Positions 38,333 through 52,384 of a stretch of DNA of 64,000 bases are shown in pieces. The translations under genes and the position numbers were made by a program. Source of the DNA: Sphaerodactylus townsendi (taxonomy: Eukaryota); contig NC_059427.1 of the NCBI RefSeq assembly GCF_021028975.2, positions 95,728,001-95,792,000 on the forward strand, given 5' to 3'. Numbering within the stretch: position 1 is the first letter of the stretch; each line of letters begins with the position of its first letter. The notes under the pieces are model-generated. The model was not told where the DNA came from and searched no databases. It saw nothing but the letters and a program-made list of their open reading frames with translations.

Positions 38333-40834
38333 CTCTCAGATTCACAAGGGGGTTAGGAAAAGGACCAGTGACCCAGCCAGCCCTGCATTCTTTCTTTGTT
38401 TTAGAGGCAACAACATGGGGCAGGTCCCCGGCAGATTTTAGGTTGCTGCAATCTGTGGCCACCTGGGTCCCTTCATAGGAGATCCTAAAGCCCTCTTTAA
38501 AGCCCTTAATCAAATATTTTGCAGCTGCTCTGTTGGGATAAGCCTGCAACAGGGGCACCAGAGAAGCGAGCCACATGGGGGTGGTGGCTAGCTTCCTCAA
38601 GCCTGGCCAGGCTAGAGAACTAAGAGAAGGTGTTGGTGGTAGAGGTACCAACCCCCTGTCCCTACTACCCCCCTGGGTTGGCTGGTTTGGAAAAAGGGCT
38701 GCTGGCTACCCCCCTTTCCACATGAAAACCCGGGGCGGGGCCCAAAGCATGACTCACAAACATGCTTGAATCTTCACTGCTGCCACTGACACTTACCTTG
38801 GTTAAATTCCCAACAGACAAGCCAGAACCCATCCCTTTTAATAGAGATGTTTTAATGTTTTAAGGGGTCACTCTGAGGCCTGGCATATAGGTGAACCATG
38901 ACCATCCAGGCCTGGTTGTGGATAAGGTCCTGGCACACAGTTTTGTCATGAGCTGTATTTTTCCTGTAGCCCCATGGAACCCATCAGGACTCAGGAGGGA
39001 AAAAGTATCCACATAATAGCCATCTAAAGCCAGCTTCCTAAGTTTGTGAGGTAGATGATATCCAGGATGGTCTCTGGCTTAATTTCCCTAGAGTTGTGTG
39101 CAGGGGCTGACCCCAGGGCCCCAGGCCTGCTGTCAGATTTGGACCTTCTAACCAATGCTAACCAATGCAACAACCCAGGAACATTCTCTCCACCCCCCTC
39201 TACAATAAGAGCCACCAACATGGACAATGTCCTCATCTGAGAAAGACTCACTGGACGAAAGCTACTAGGGGATCAATGGCAAGAGCAGCAGCATAACCTC
39301 TTGTGCTTTTGATGATGATTGTGAGCTCTGGCAGGAGCCTCAAACCTAGCGCCTGCTTATGGGCTAGAGATCTCGTGACTGTCTGAAAGACCCTCCCCCA
39401 GGCCAGCATCCTGCCCCTTTGCTGTGGCCCCCCCTCTTGATTTTTGCTTGGGGGTGGGGGGGCCCCATGCCAAGCTGGCCCATGCACTGTGAGAACTGCA
39501 TGAGAGTCCTGGCAATGACCTGGAAGAAGACATTGTTAGCATTGCCTGTGAAGGAATCTGGTGCTGCCATGTTGATGGTAGAGTGGCATGAGGAAACAGG
39601 CCAACCTGCCCCATGGGGTGCAGAGGTGGCTCCAGCTACGAGCCACCCACCAGGAGGGGAGTGAGGGTTGGAACCATTCCCAGTGCTCATCCCCTTCTTG
39701 TTGGTGTGTAAGCCATGGTGTGCCAGATAGGGGCTGGCCCAGGCATGCTGACTCATTCATCTGCCCCATCACTTGCCCCATTGCCAGGGGGCCCAGAGCT
39801 CTCCCTCCAGTTGCTGCTTGGGATGGCCTGTTGCTCCCATTCTCCCAGATGCTGCTGGAAAGACCCCCAACTGTTTGTTTGGTTGCTGGGGCCGCCACCA
39901 TAACTGGACACCAGGTGCCTGGGGCCCAAGCATCTTGGAGCTGTCTGATGGTTGCCAACTGATCGCACCCCCCAAGATATCTGATGTGTGCCTGCTCATG
40001 GGGGCACCACTGCAGCCCAGAGGCCCTGGAAACCTTGGCTGATGCCCCTCCCCCTGACCCAGGGAGGTCCTCTTCTTCCCGCCAGGGGCTTGTATTGCAG
40101 GGGTCTGTGCAAAGCGCCCCTTGGATGCCGTGGGCTAGGTCATGCTCCTAGCTGGGTGCACTCCCCCATCCCCACTAGATGGTAGAGGGCCCTCGAAACT
40201 GTGTGCAGCATAAACTGTGCTGGGTCAGTTGCGCTTCTGTTGCCCCTGATGCCACTGCTTGCTCCTGCTCTTAAGGCACCTGGTGCTGCCTGTGCCCTGG
40301 AGGGGCACTCAACTTGGTTGTTCCTACTGCCCATGCTGTTCCCTCCTGCCATAGGTGCTACTTCCCCCCGCTGGGACTTCTTTGCTCTTTTCCCTGGCAT
40401 CTCCTGCCCGAGCTCTGAAAGGAGGAGGATCCCTGTTACCACTGGGCTTACTGAAGCAGGCCCTTGTTGTCAGAGGCATCGCTCCAAGGGGGCGGGGGGC
40501 CACGACTCACCAGGCACGCACCCCTGTGGGGTGTGGCAAGGGCGTTCTGGGGTGGGACGTGGCAGGACAGGGGAGGAGGATGCACCGGTGCACCTCTCCT
40601 TGTTATCCTCCCTCACATGCACTTAAAGTTGCACTCTGATCTGCCAGGCGCAATCCACCAATTCCCAACCGCTCGCTGCTGCAGGTCTGCTGCTGCTATC
40701 TGCTCAATTCAGGCCTCCTTCCATTGCCTAGAGGCACTAAGCTAAAAAGCTGTTTTCTAACTGCTCCATGTGGCCTAATAAACAGCTGCCAGGTGACGTA
40801 AAGGAGAGAGAAGGGAAGCCGTCGTGTTCGGGCA

Positions 40835-40895
40835 AGAAGAGGCACGGGATACCCTGGCCTGCCTATATAAGGCTGCAGCCCCGCCTCCTCCAGGC
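40835..40895 (-). promoter_or_regulatory. Putative Pol II promoter of the Ngaro element
   Basis: Minus strand GGAGGCGGGGC (GC box), TTATATAG (TATA-like), pyrimidine-rich CCTCTTCTT about 20-25 nt downstream, located at the element 5' end. Confidence 0.4.
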
Positions 40896-42546
40896 ATGTC
40901 ACTCGCTTGCACTGGCAGCTGGGCAGCCCAGTCCTATTCTGGGCTGGATGTCAGCACTGAGCCTGCCCCCTTCCCTGCCCCATTCTCAGGCAGCAACAGT
41001 GGCCAAGGTAAATCTCAACCACTCTTTCTAGGATGCCCTAGGAGACTTTCAGTCCATGCTAACAAGCTTTTCGACTGACCCCTAATTGATTTTCTGGATT
41101 AAGGAATTCAGGTACATGGTTGATAAATTCTTCCTAGATGTCCTGGTCCAGTGCACAAAATTGAAGTGGCACCATGATAGTAGGAAGAGCTATTGGAAAT
41201 GACATAGTGAGATATTGATCAAGAATCTGACCAAATTTCATTCCAAGGCAGTACTAGTAGCAAAGAAAACCTTTTTTTCTGTTATCAAATTCATAGCAAT
41301 CCAGTGGAAAAATTCTGTGTTGTTGAAACCTCATCATTGAAACCTTGAAGCCTGTACTTAGAATAATGTTGTGACCATTTTCTTCAGAACCTTAAGCACA
41401 AGAAGACCTCAGACATATTTCAGGAACTCTGGAAAGCAAGGAGACCTTTCACAAAGGCCTCCTTGTCACTTAACATCACTGCTGATATAAATACTACTGT
41501 CTGGTAAGCAATGAATAAAGGGTAGACGAGGGCACTGGATAAGAGGGCTTAGGGTAAGAGATTTGGAGAGCTTGTAGATAGAGATTCCCAGAAACTGAGG
41601 TCCAGTCAGTGATATTGTTTTTCTGAATTATGTAACAGAAGGGGATAAAGTATAGGTGATCCTAGTTGAGTGCAGTCTCAAACTGAACCCAGGGGAGTTC
41701 AGTGTCACTAGACGAGAGGTCAGTGAGTGTGTTGGGAAATCCACCCAAATACATGCAACTGGGGGGTGGGGGAGGACAAAAATGTTTTTCAAATATAGTG
41801 CAACTGAACTTAGAGATAACATTAATACAGGAAGTTTAAGTTCTACTTAAACTACTCAGAGCTTAAACGACTTCTCCTTTGATTTATCCTCATAATAACC
41901 CTGTGAAGTTGGATAGGCTGAGAAATAAACAACTGGCTCACCCGATCACAGGGCAACATTTACCCATTGCAGCACATGAGCATTTGTTTTCTTCAAATGT
42001 GCGAGACACACATGAAACACTGAAAGAGAAGCCTGAAATCAGCAATGGAATGGGTATCTTTGACAGCTATTTCAGAGGACTGCAGGAATAGTTAAGAACA
42101 TTGCACAGATTGTGTGTTCATCAGTCCAATTTATCTTTCTTTAAATGCTCAGTTTTTATTGAGTTTAATCCCATCATGGAATGCCCTTCTCAGTATTGCT
42201 AAGTTAGACTGAATATACTACTTCTGCATTTGTGCAGTTGGCAACATAGGCTGATTATGCACAGTGCAGATAAGTTATTCTGAGGACAGACAAAAAAAGC
42301 ATCTTGAAGCAGAACTCCACACAGCTTTCCCTCATATTTTTCCTGCCCAATCAATAAAACTGTTCTGTCAGTTTCCATTGCCTATCATGGCCAGCATGTT
42401 ATGGTGCTGCAGCTGTTTGCTGAAGGTTTCTCCAGAATGCTCTTTCCTGTTCCTGCAGGTTCCTGACTTGCTGGTCTGCCCTTTTTTCAAAGTCCCAAAA
42501 GTACTTGGTTGTACTCAGCCTATCCTGCCAGTTCCAGCGATACATA

Positions 42547-42687
42547 GGCCCCTTCCGCACACGCAAAATAATGCATTTTCAAACCACTTTCACAACTGTT
42601 TGCAAGTGGATTTTGCTGTTCCGCACAGCTTCAAAGAGCACTGAAAGCAGTTTGAAAGTGCATTATTCTGCATGTGCGGAATGAGCC
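42547..42687. mobile_element. Short PIF/Harbinger-type MITE (141 bp)
   Basis: TIRs GGCCCCTTCCGCACACGCAAAATAATGCA / TGCATTATTCTGCATGTGCGGAATGAGCC, TSD ATA. Confidence 0.88.
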
Positions 42688-45204
42688 ATAGATTTTCCTT
42701 TTTAAATTTTTTGATGAGCTGTCTTCAAAGACACGCAGACATGATTTCAGATCCATTCCGCTTTTCATATTGTGAGTCCACCATAACAAAAATATGGGTA
42801 GGTGCACCCAGAAGGTAAAGCAACACCACTCTGCACCAAATTACTTTTAGGTGCACAAGAATCAGATCAGTGTAAAGAATTTCTTAATCCTAATATAGCT
42901 GATTTCTCTTTTTCACCAATAGGTTACTGAAGTCAACAGTGCAATAAAGCAGATTTTAACAATATTCAAATAAATATTCTGTTTGAATTGTTTTGTGTTT
43001 GTTTCTTGCATAACAATATTTCAAAACTCAAAACTTCTCATCTGCTTATGTATGCCTCTTACATTCAACCACAGGCATTTACAATTTCACAACATACAAA
43101 ATAATAATCTCTTTGGGCAATAAAACTTCCAGAAAGGTTTGTATTTCATGTAAACTTCCTCAAACCCAATAGGTGTAAATAATATAAAATCAAAGTACAA
43201 TCAATGATCAGATCTACAACAGATAATGTGTGTTACGCAAATACATGAGCATAATCCATTGTAAACACATACTGTAGCAGCTCATGGGAACAGAATATTC
43301 TGTGCTCTCACACTTCTGAGTAATCCCTGAGCTTTACAGTGCTTTGCTTCTAAAATTGTAGACAATAATATATAGTCAGAGAATCCCACAAGCTCTAATG
43401 TCTTCTTAGTACAAAATAATTATGCAGAGGAACTTAATATAATAGCTCCTAGTCGATGGAGCAATATGGGCAAAAAACACTTCTGATGCTCACCTGAATA
43501 TATATATCGCTCCCCTGAAAAACAAATAGTGCATTCTTAAATAAACAAAATAACAAATTCAATGTCCAGTCAAAGAATCCCATAAATGCATATAAACCTC
43601 ATACTGAGGCTCTGCAATTGTCTTCAATGGGGAGCAAACAATCTCTTGCTTGCCTCATCCCAGTAGTTGAATCCCTGCCAACCTACTCATTTCCCAGACA
43701 TTTTGGCAGTAGGTGTTCAGGGAGGGGGGCTCAGGTTTTGTCCAGTGGTCAGAATGGCCAATCCACCCCAACTCTTTCCACTCCTTTTTTGTTCTATGTA
43801 TCTGTAAGGTGGATTCCATACAGCATATGTATAATGGGTTGCAGTTATTATAAAGGAACCCTTTTTTCCTTTTCCCCATTCACATGCGTGCCCTTCACAC
43901 GTTCAGGCAGCAATTGGAGCCCATGGAAACAATCTGAGTTGCTTCCATGCCTTTGCATAGAGATGCTTCTCTCTCTCTCTTTTTTAAATTTCCTGCAACA
44001 CAGAAATGAACCCCTGCAGCCAGGTCAGTTGTCCCACAATCCAACTGGCTGCACCTGTGTACAATACACACAAAAAAGAAAAAGAGACCTCCTAGCAACA
44101 GCTGAGCAATAATGAATGTGTTGCTGAAGATTGGTCATACTTGCTGCCATGGGGAGAAAATGTACTTGGGGGACTTTGTACACTGTTGGGCACTCAGAGA
44201 ATTTGCCCACAAGGTGCTGGGCAACCTGCACAGAGTGGCAGGTGGGCAGATTCTCCCTGACACCTAAAGTGAACAGGTGGAAGGGAGTGAAATAAAGTGT
44301 CTTCTTACTGTTGTGTTTGTGTGGGAGTGCCTCCAATCTGGATCGCTGGTGTAGTGAACAAATAGCTGGTTCAGCAATTTTTGAAAATGCCAGGTTGAGG
44401 GGAATAAAATGGGCCAAACTTGTTTTGGGAACAGGAGCTGTGAGAAGTCCCCCCTCAAAATGATTTAGGTAATGTCCTATATTCATTATATTTGGCCTGT
44501 GCAGAATCCACCGAAGAGACAGAGTGAGAAACCTCAACCTTGTTAAGTCATTCATGGTGAAATGCAAATGTTACATGCATTTAAACTTGTGGCAAACTCT
44601 GGAGAGAAAAGCGAGGCAGCATCAGCAAACAAGAGGGGATTCACAGGAAAGTAGTATGAGAGTGTGCACGTGCAATCAGCTTTTTGCACTACTGAGAGCA
44701 TATGCAAACTCTTCAAGTACAAATGAACAATTTGTCAAACATTTAACAGAGCTGACTGCAAGTTGTACGTAGCTTGTGAACTGAGCCATCTGGGAGACCC
44801 AGCAACCTTCTCTTTCTGGCACCATCTCTTAGGGCTGTCTATCTGGCCTGTAGGCTTTTTCTGTGATGGGTCCAGTCCATTTAGAATAGTTTATGAGAGT
44901 GGGTGCAGAGGGCATGTTCACAGTCTGCATTCAGGAAAGAGTATAAGACTGTTTCATTTCAGAGGGCAATTGGTGGGGGGTGAAATGCTTTGGCAGATCT
45001 AGATTTTTTTTCCTCGTTGATGAACTCTAATATTGTTTCCACATGTTTTCAACTTGTTGCTTTGTTAGCTGCCTTGTGTTTAATGAGATATGGAGGGATA
45101 TATAATAAGCAAATAAATATTTTCCATATGTTTTTATTCCTTCAATAGAACAGCTTTTTTATGAAAATGTCAGTGAACACTAGCATAAACTACTACTGAT
45201 GTTT

Positions 45205-45427
45205 GTTTATTTGCTTCATTTATACCCTTTCTTTCTCAAGTAGAGACCCAAAGTGGGTTACAGTGTTTTCCTCTCATCTATTTTATCCTAACAATACCCC
45301 TGTAAGGTAGGTTATTCTGGGAGTGTGTGACTGACTCAAGATCTCCCAATGAGCTTCCATGGCAGTGTGGATTTGAACCTGGGACTACCTGACCCTAGTC
45401 CAACACTCTAAACACTACACCACACTG
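45205..45427 (-). mobile_element. MIR/Squam3-like SINE
   Basis: Reverse complement of A-box (CACTACACCACACTG), B-box (GGATTTGAACC) and CORE (CCCTGTAAGGTAGG). Confidence 0.75.
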
Positions 45428-48400
45428 TTGAAATGTTTGTAGATTTATATAAAGGCATTACAATGCAGACTGCTTTCTTTTTAGACTGAATAATTGTCAT
45501 CGCTGAGTGCCGTTTGCACTCAGCAGAGGGGAGAAGCAGGGATTGCTGTTTTTAGGTAAGAACCCTAAGATCTCTTTTCTTGATAGCACTCTAGTTCAAC
45601 AGCATTGCATTGTTTATTGAATGAAACTACAGAGAAACCTTAAAAGAAGGATTGGTGTCTTTTTTATGGACCCCTGGTGGACTGCTGGCAGCAAACAAAT
45701 CTAATTGCTTCTCACCTCTGCTGTAGTCCCACACAATGCCCATACACAAAATCCAAATTCATGGCATCCATTATGACAGAGACTTTCTCCCTGTCAAGTA
45801 AAGGAAAAAGCTAGTTAGAAAAGCCAGTGGCATTTGACAAGGGTATGACTCAAACATATCATTGTAATATAACCAAATGCTGATTGGAAAGGGCTGGGTT
45901 ACAATAACACTGACAAAAGGAAGTGTGTCAACATTCAGCACATAATTTTCTGTGTGAACATCTTGCAAATGTCTGATCATAAATCTCTGGCAAATTGCTC
46001 CACCTTTCATTGCCAAGATAATTGGGAGCAATCTCCCTCCCTCCTTTCTTGGCACACTCTTGAAAGGAACTGAACCAGTAAGTTTCTAAATGAAAAAAAG
46101 TGTTTTCTTATGCCATACTAGGAAGTTATTTATGCAAAGAATTATTTTTGTTATAGAAAGGAAGAAACTGTAGTTGTGGATGTGTGTGTGTGTGTTTAAT
46201 GCCATCAAAGTGGGCCAGGAGTGGGGGTGGGGGGGAAACACCCATAAAATTTACTTCTTACTCTAACCTTTTCTAATTACAAACAGGTTTCCTTTATCTA
46301 AAACTTTCATGAGTATTTACCAATCAGCAGGCAGCTCCATTACCAAGGATTAACTTGCTTTCAATGTTTGGAGTTTCACTACTATAATTTTAAACTTGAC
46401 CTTATTTGGGAATCATGTGTCTGATCTCTATCTTGAGAAATTAAAAAAAATCCCTAACTTAACCTGAGGTCTAAAAAGCACAAAATGCAGAAGAACGGAG
46501 TAGCGATATCTGCATAGCAAAGATTTTAAATTCGACTTTGAGAAATCTTGTAGGCATGGGATTAAGACATTTTTAAAGACTGTTGAAACACACATGGAAT
46601 GTGCATAACAGGAAGAACAGAGCTCAGAGATTTTTATCTTTTTTGTTGTTGTTTCTGGACATCACTTTGAGTATTTGGTGGATAGGCAATTTAGAAATAC
46701 CAAGAAAAAATGTTTGAACATTAAATCATGTAAACAAGGCAGCACGTGAAACTTATTTTTTATTAATAAAATCTATTATGAGCAGAACAGATGAATTCAA
46801 CAAGTTTGGTTGGCTAGGACCACAGCTTGATTTCTATCTGAATACTTACCACAGAGTCAATCCCGTAAAGATTTTAGACCATTTAAATTCCTAGGAATGG
46901 TGTCAGGCTTCAAATCTAATAATTGTTTTTCTTAACATTAATTTGCCAGCCATTCCCAAACAACTGACATTTAAGGTCTAGAATGCATACAGATAACTTA
47001 TCCAGTTAGAATGGTTTTCTTTGAAAATGATATTGTGCCATAGGCTCTTCAAGAATGTGTGTAAGCTTTGTAGCTTTGTAGCTGATTGATCATCATTATT
47101 AAACTCTCAATAGACTTGATAGCAATAAAGATACGTTCCACCCTGTCAGTCTTTATTATTTATTACTTAGTAAGAAGTTCTCATCTCATAGTTTTGACAG
47201 TGAGTTAAATGTTAACTGAAAAAAGGAGAGGACCCCTCATTTTTACTTGCCTGTTCATTACCCCACTCTTCTGTCCCCTGATTTTTTTGGGTGTGTGTGG
47301 AAGCACTGATGGGGTAGGGCTTGTGGAGATGCATTCATGGGACCCTACAAGAAAAGGCAAGATTGGTTATCTTCATTGTATTATACACTTCCTTTTCTCA
47401 CAAATGCATTTGCATTTTTCTACTCAATTCTCTTGTGAATAACATGTTAGAAAGTATAAGGAAACCTCTAGTGCTCCAGGCATAAGAAATGCAGGTATGG
47501 GATCAGGGTAGCAATTTTTCTTAGTTCCCTGAGAAATTTCTTAAGCTTTGTCTATTGAGCTAAAGTGTCTTATTAAGAAATAGGCAACATGATTCCAGAC
47601 TATTCTTACTGCAGCAAATATGTTCCATAGGAAAGACTGTTGATCTTTTAATAGCCCAATGCATAACCTCCGGTGGCTGGAGACAGCACCACTATGGCAC
47701 CACCACACTGTGTCCAGAGGGCTTTTGGGTGGTGGGGGAACAAAGCAAAAACAGAAAAAACCCTCTTGCCACCAGAAAGCCCTATGGAGGTTAATGGATA
47801 TAAACCATCCAAAAGGGTCATGTAAGAAGCTAGTCACAAAGCCATGGAGCAGCTAGTCACAAAGCCAGGGTGGAAGCAGACTAATGTTGGTTCCACCCCG
47901 GGAACATCCTGGACTGCTGCCCCATACTGGAGTCCAATTCTAGCACAGCTCCACAGAGGTCCAGACTTGTGAGCTGTTGGCTGCTGGTACCTTTGCCCCC
48001 TCCACTGGCACAAGTGCTTGCCATGCTTGCAGAGGGGGCAAATGTATCGGCACAGCCCTGCATTGCCTTTTCAAGTGGATTTGCCCTCCAATCTGAATTG
48101 GGTCATAAAACATAAATAGGACCAATTGATCCAGGACTTACAACGTCAGAGTAACAGGCTTAATTTTAATACAACTGTCTCTGCTTGTAGACAGTTTCAT
48201 GGTAGCAATATATAGAAGCAATTTTATAAGGTGTTATTAAAATAAAGATGTTCCTGATCACCAAAAAACAATTGAACAATAAATGATTCTAGAAATTTGG
48301 CCGCTTCCTCCTTAACATTATCTCTGCCCTAGTGGCTTTTCCCCAGCACCTTCAGAGAAGCAGCTAATTTCACTCCAATGGGACTTTTTAATGAGCATGA

Positions 48401-50114
48401 TCAAATTTCGCTGCTGAATCTCCTCCCGTCTATGTGTTGTAATCAGTGGCACGGGCTAATGATTCTCTGCAAGAAGCAAAACCAGTTTGGTGTGTCCATC
48501 ATGCCCCAAGGCTCAAAAATAATGCTGTAAAAAGTCTTTGGCATTTCCCTTTAATCTCATTATTATCTCTGCTCTCCTTCTTTCCCTGCTTCATTCACAT
48601 CAGCAATCCACAGCATATTCTTGAGGTTTGTTTACTACAGTTACAGCTGTCTTATTATTGAAATAATTACCTTAATTAATGCTAATTGCTAATTATTAAT
48701 CTTGCAGTTATAAGCTTCCCTTTTCCTTGTACACATACTTCACATTAGTCATTCTGAAAAGCAAGACATGGGGTAAAATGTATAATTACGAGACACAAAG
48801 GACCCGGAGCTAAAGCAATAAAAATCAAAGACAGAAGGGTGGGAAAAAAATGCTTTCAGCATTCCTGCGTAATAAGTAGGACTTCCTGTGTCACAAAGAA
48901 CTTTATGAGAAGGCAGGAGTAGGATTCCTGACCCCCTGTAGGGAGGAATGATGAAATTAAATGCTGCCTTCCAGCAAAGATGACATTTTGAAATATATCT
49001 GCAGCATGTCAAATGATCATTTTCAGCAAGGCAAGGAGACAACCCCAAGTTGACAGCTCATTTTTAGAAGCATTATATTTTAAAAGTCAAGGCAGAGCTT
49101 TGAAATGAGAGTGAGAAAGTTAAGTCGGTAAGGATATCTATAAAGCAAATAAATATATTTTCCCCTTCTTGATTCCAAATTAAGGGATATCATGCAAAAT
49201 AAAATCAGATGGAAACTTCATTTTGAACACAAAACGCATTAAACATTAAAACACATTAAACATTAAAACACAATTCAGTAGCAGGCTATACTTCAAGAAG
49301 ACACAAATTAATACATTATTTGTGATAAGTTCTGAATGTAAAGGGTCTATCAAGTCAAACTTTATAGAGATGAATTAGGTCACATGAGGTACCTTCAGAG
49401 TCTCACCTGATTGGTTCTTTGGAGTGAAAAGATTCAGGGAAATGTCTGTGTAGATTTGTAGAGTACTTCTAAGATGTTAGGATGTAGGTAACAAGAAATT
49501 ATGACTGTAGGGCTGGTGTGGAGTTCAGTTGAGAAAATTTACAGAGATAAGCTCATTCCTCAGATATATGCATGCTTGTGTTTGTTGATCCTTGATTGCT
49601 ACTCTCATATCCGTATGTGTCTTGCCTATCTTTGGGATTTGTGCTGCTGATAAGTTAATAAAGGACCTTTGAGCATTTATCTAGTCACCTCTGTCATAGG
49701 AAACCATTCAAGGAATCAAAGGGTCAGATACTTGGTTCATACAAGCACAGGCATCACTTGATCACTCAGCACACTTCCAAACTTTGAGGAAATGGATTCC
49801 AATAAGAACTGGCTACTGAGAATAATTTGACAAAATGTGACGAAATATGAAAATTCTATCTGTGGTTTTACTTCTGCGATGATCCATTTACACACAGAAC
49901 TCATCATAAACTGTTACAGTTAGTACCAAGGAAAAACATGCTGGTTTAAACAAACAAGAGAGATATGGAGTTTCAGGATAGTACCTCATAGATAATACTC
50001 TTTCTGACAAAATATCTTTTACATTTGTGGATAGACCATTGTTCCCCTTAAGCCACAGAGAAATACAAATAATCCATTTTCCAGAAGATGATCTAATCTA
50101 GAGGGTGTCCATTT

Positions 50115-50665
50115 CATAGAATCATAGAGTTGGAAGAGACCACAAGGGGCATCAAGTCCAACCCCCTGCAATGCAGGAACACACAATCAAAGCACTCCCA
50201 ACATATGTTCATCCAGTCTCTGTTTAAAATCTCCAAAGAAGGAGACTCCACCACTATCCAAGGCTGTGAATTCCACTGTCTAACAGCCCTGACGATTAGG
50301 AAGTTCTTCCTAATGTTTAGGTGGAATCTCTTTTCCTTCATCTTGAATCCATTACTCTCTGTTCTAGTCTCTGAGGGAGCAGAAAACAAGCTTGCTCCCT
50401 CTTCAACATGACATCCCTTCAGATATTTAAACATGGCTATCACGTCACCCCTTATCCTATGCTTCTCCAGACTAAACATCCCTAGCTTCCTAAGCCTCTC
50501 TTTGTGGGGCATGGACTCCAGACCTTTTACCATTTTTGTTGCCCTGCTCTGGACCCTTTCCAACTTGTTAATATCCTTCTTGAATTGTGGTGCCCAGAGC
50601 TGTGCACAATATTCCAGGTGAGGTCTAACCAATGCAGAGTAGAGAGGTACAATTACATCCCTCGA
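50115..50665 (-). mobile_element. CR1 LINE 3' end
   Basis: [38 protein letters not shown]...RGD.I..FKYLKG; terminal (ATTCTATG)-type tail seen as CATAGAATCATAGA. Confidence 0.95.
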
Positions 50666-50667
50666 TC

Positions 50668-50890
50668 CTCACTGCCTTTAACTTTTCCTAGCATTATTGT
50701 CTTTTCCAGTCACTCTTGTCTTCTCATAAAGTGGCCAAAGTATGATAGCCTCAGTTTCGTCATTTTAGCTTATACAGACAGTTTTGGTTCAATTTGTTTT
50801 GAAACCCACCTATTTGTCTTTTTGCTGCTCCACTCTCTTCCAAATCACATTTCTAAGGAATCCAGTTTCTTTCTGTCAGCTTTCTTCAGC
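50668..50890 (-). mobile_element. RTE/BovB-like LINE fragment
   Basis: Minus strand KMTKLRLSYFGHFMRRQE*LEKTIMLGKVKGS, the typical RTE C-terminal motif. Confidence 0.8.
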
Positions 50891-51359
50891 ATGTTGCTTT
50901 CTGCAGCATATCATATTTTGGTCAGTATATCACTGTGGAAAATTACTGAGCAATCATAACATCATAGTACAAACTTGTAAACTGAAATGTTCATGTATCT
51001 TTATCTAGCACTTTGCCACAGGCTAATAGTCTGGAAGACAACTCATTATCAATGCATGCTAGACAACAGAAAATGGAAAAAAAACCCACCATAGAAGAAA
51101 GGACCGTTTACAACTCCAAACCTTCTGAAATTTCCACTTACAGGCTTAGCAAGAGTTTCTGGTTCATTTGTTTGATACAACTGATATCTACAATAATTTC
51201 TGCTGTTGACGTCACTGAAAGCAATACATACAGAAGGTCTGTGTGTTCTCTCATAATAGCTTTCCATTAACAAAATCCAAGTGTTCCAAATGGAGTATCT
51301 TCCTCTAATATTAAATTGTTTATTGCACCATATTTTTTCTTGTGCACATTGATTTCTCT

Positions 51360-51580
51360 TTGGAGTACTAGAATAGTGGCTAAAAGCTTTAGCTATGAAT
51401 CAAGGACCCTGGTTTGAATTTTGTCTTTGATGTGAATACTCGGCAGACATAAGAAAACCATTTTCTCTCAATCGCTTTTCAAGGGCAATTTGAGGTTTAT
51501 ACTGCTTATAGCACTTGATGCAAATACTATAACATATATGAAGTGCTTTGAACACTCTTTGAAACACAACATAAATAATA
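51360..51580 (+). mobile_element. Old MIR-like SINE
   Basis: TAGTGGCTAA A-box, GGTTTGAATT B-box, TATATGAAGTGCTTTGAACAC 3' part, (AAT)n tail. Confidence 0.5.
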
Positions 51581-52384
51581 ATCATTTTATTATTACAGAG
51601 TAGAAAAACATGATAGGGTGGAAGGCTGATGTTCATTCCATCCTTGACTCAAGGTTACAATTTAAATTGGATGCTGTGCACATGGGAATTGAGAGGAACC
51701 AACCATTCATGTCTGACTGAAAAAGAAGTGAGAAGCCCAGCACAATCTGTGAAGACTCTAATGTCTTATTGATGGTTGCATGCATCACAGTACTGCCCTT
51801 TCTGTCCTAATTTTATACTCATTCACTGCCTCCTTCCTTGCTGTCTCCTGCTTCTTCTCTTCCTCATGCAGAAAGCCATCACTCTCTACATGATTTTTTT
51901 TCATATCCTGATCGTTCCAGTTCTCTGCCCTCTCACACACTGACATTGTTGCTGACCTCTCCTCTTGGAAGTCTCTCCTTCTCCCACCCAATGCTGCCCT
52001 AAAGGTTGCAGTGATGGTGTTATCTTTTCTCATTCCAAATGTTGCCAATTGCAGCCCCTGTCACTCTGCTTCTCAGATTTAGACTTTCAGTCATTCTGCA
52101 TGACAATTCCATTTTGCATTTCTGTGTTGTTCCATTCTCTACTCCTTAGTCCATTCTCAGCTTTCAACACATCCCTTGGCTTACCTTCTTTCTCTCTAAC
52201 AACATCCTTATTATGCTTTTGCTATTCATTTTGATAAACTCTCTGACCCAGCTGCCTCTCATCCTCTTTCCTTATCTTCATCCTTCAGTCTCTGCCTTTC
52301 GACTGATAACCCCATGTAGTCTCTTGAACAACTTATTGAGCTTTTATTCCCTTCAGATTCCATCATTGTAAGGCAAAGCTAAGA

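Larger units (their letters stand above)
37600..38600 (-). pseudogene. Reverse transcriptase N-terminal half (Ngaro), split by SINE and hAT MITE
   Basis: Reads continuously once 38041-38332 and 37771-37914 are removed; ends after CSVACTAF, with no YxDD or RNase H. Confidence 0.88.
36570..41010 (-). mobile_element. Ngaro-type (DIRS order) tyrosine-recombinase retrotransposon, decayed and internally deleted
   Basis: Minus-strand order: GC-rich gag-like region, Zn finger CWEFNQGKCQWQQ*RFKHVCESCFG, RT (GFKEGFRI, NLKSA, GPFPNP, SPL.MVPKKVPGEYRLIHHLSYP.GSSVND, AKCDIQPAFYLLPIH), YR C-terminus, hydrolase-like LYRNDGIHL, then AATAAA near 36626. Outer boundaries approximate. Confidence 0.9.

Noticed and set aside
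39357-41078. Many overlapping ORFs on both strands
   Set aside because: GC-rich decayed gag/5' region of the Ngaro element, not independent genes.
43618-44567. Longest non-TE ORFs (164 aa plus strand, 180 aa minus strand)
   Set aside because: Non-ATG or weak starts, no domain, composition typical of chance ORFs.
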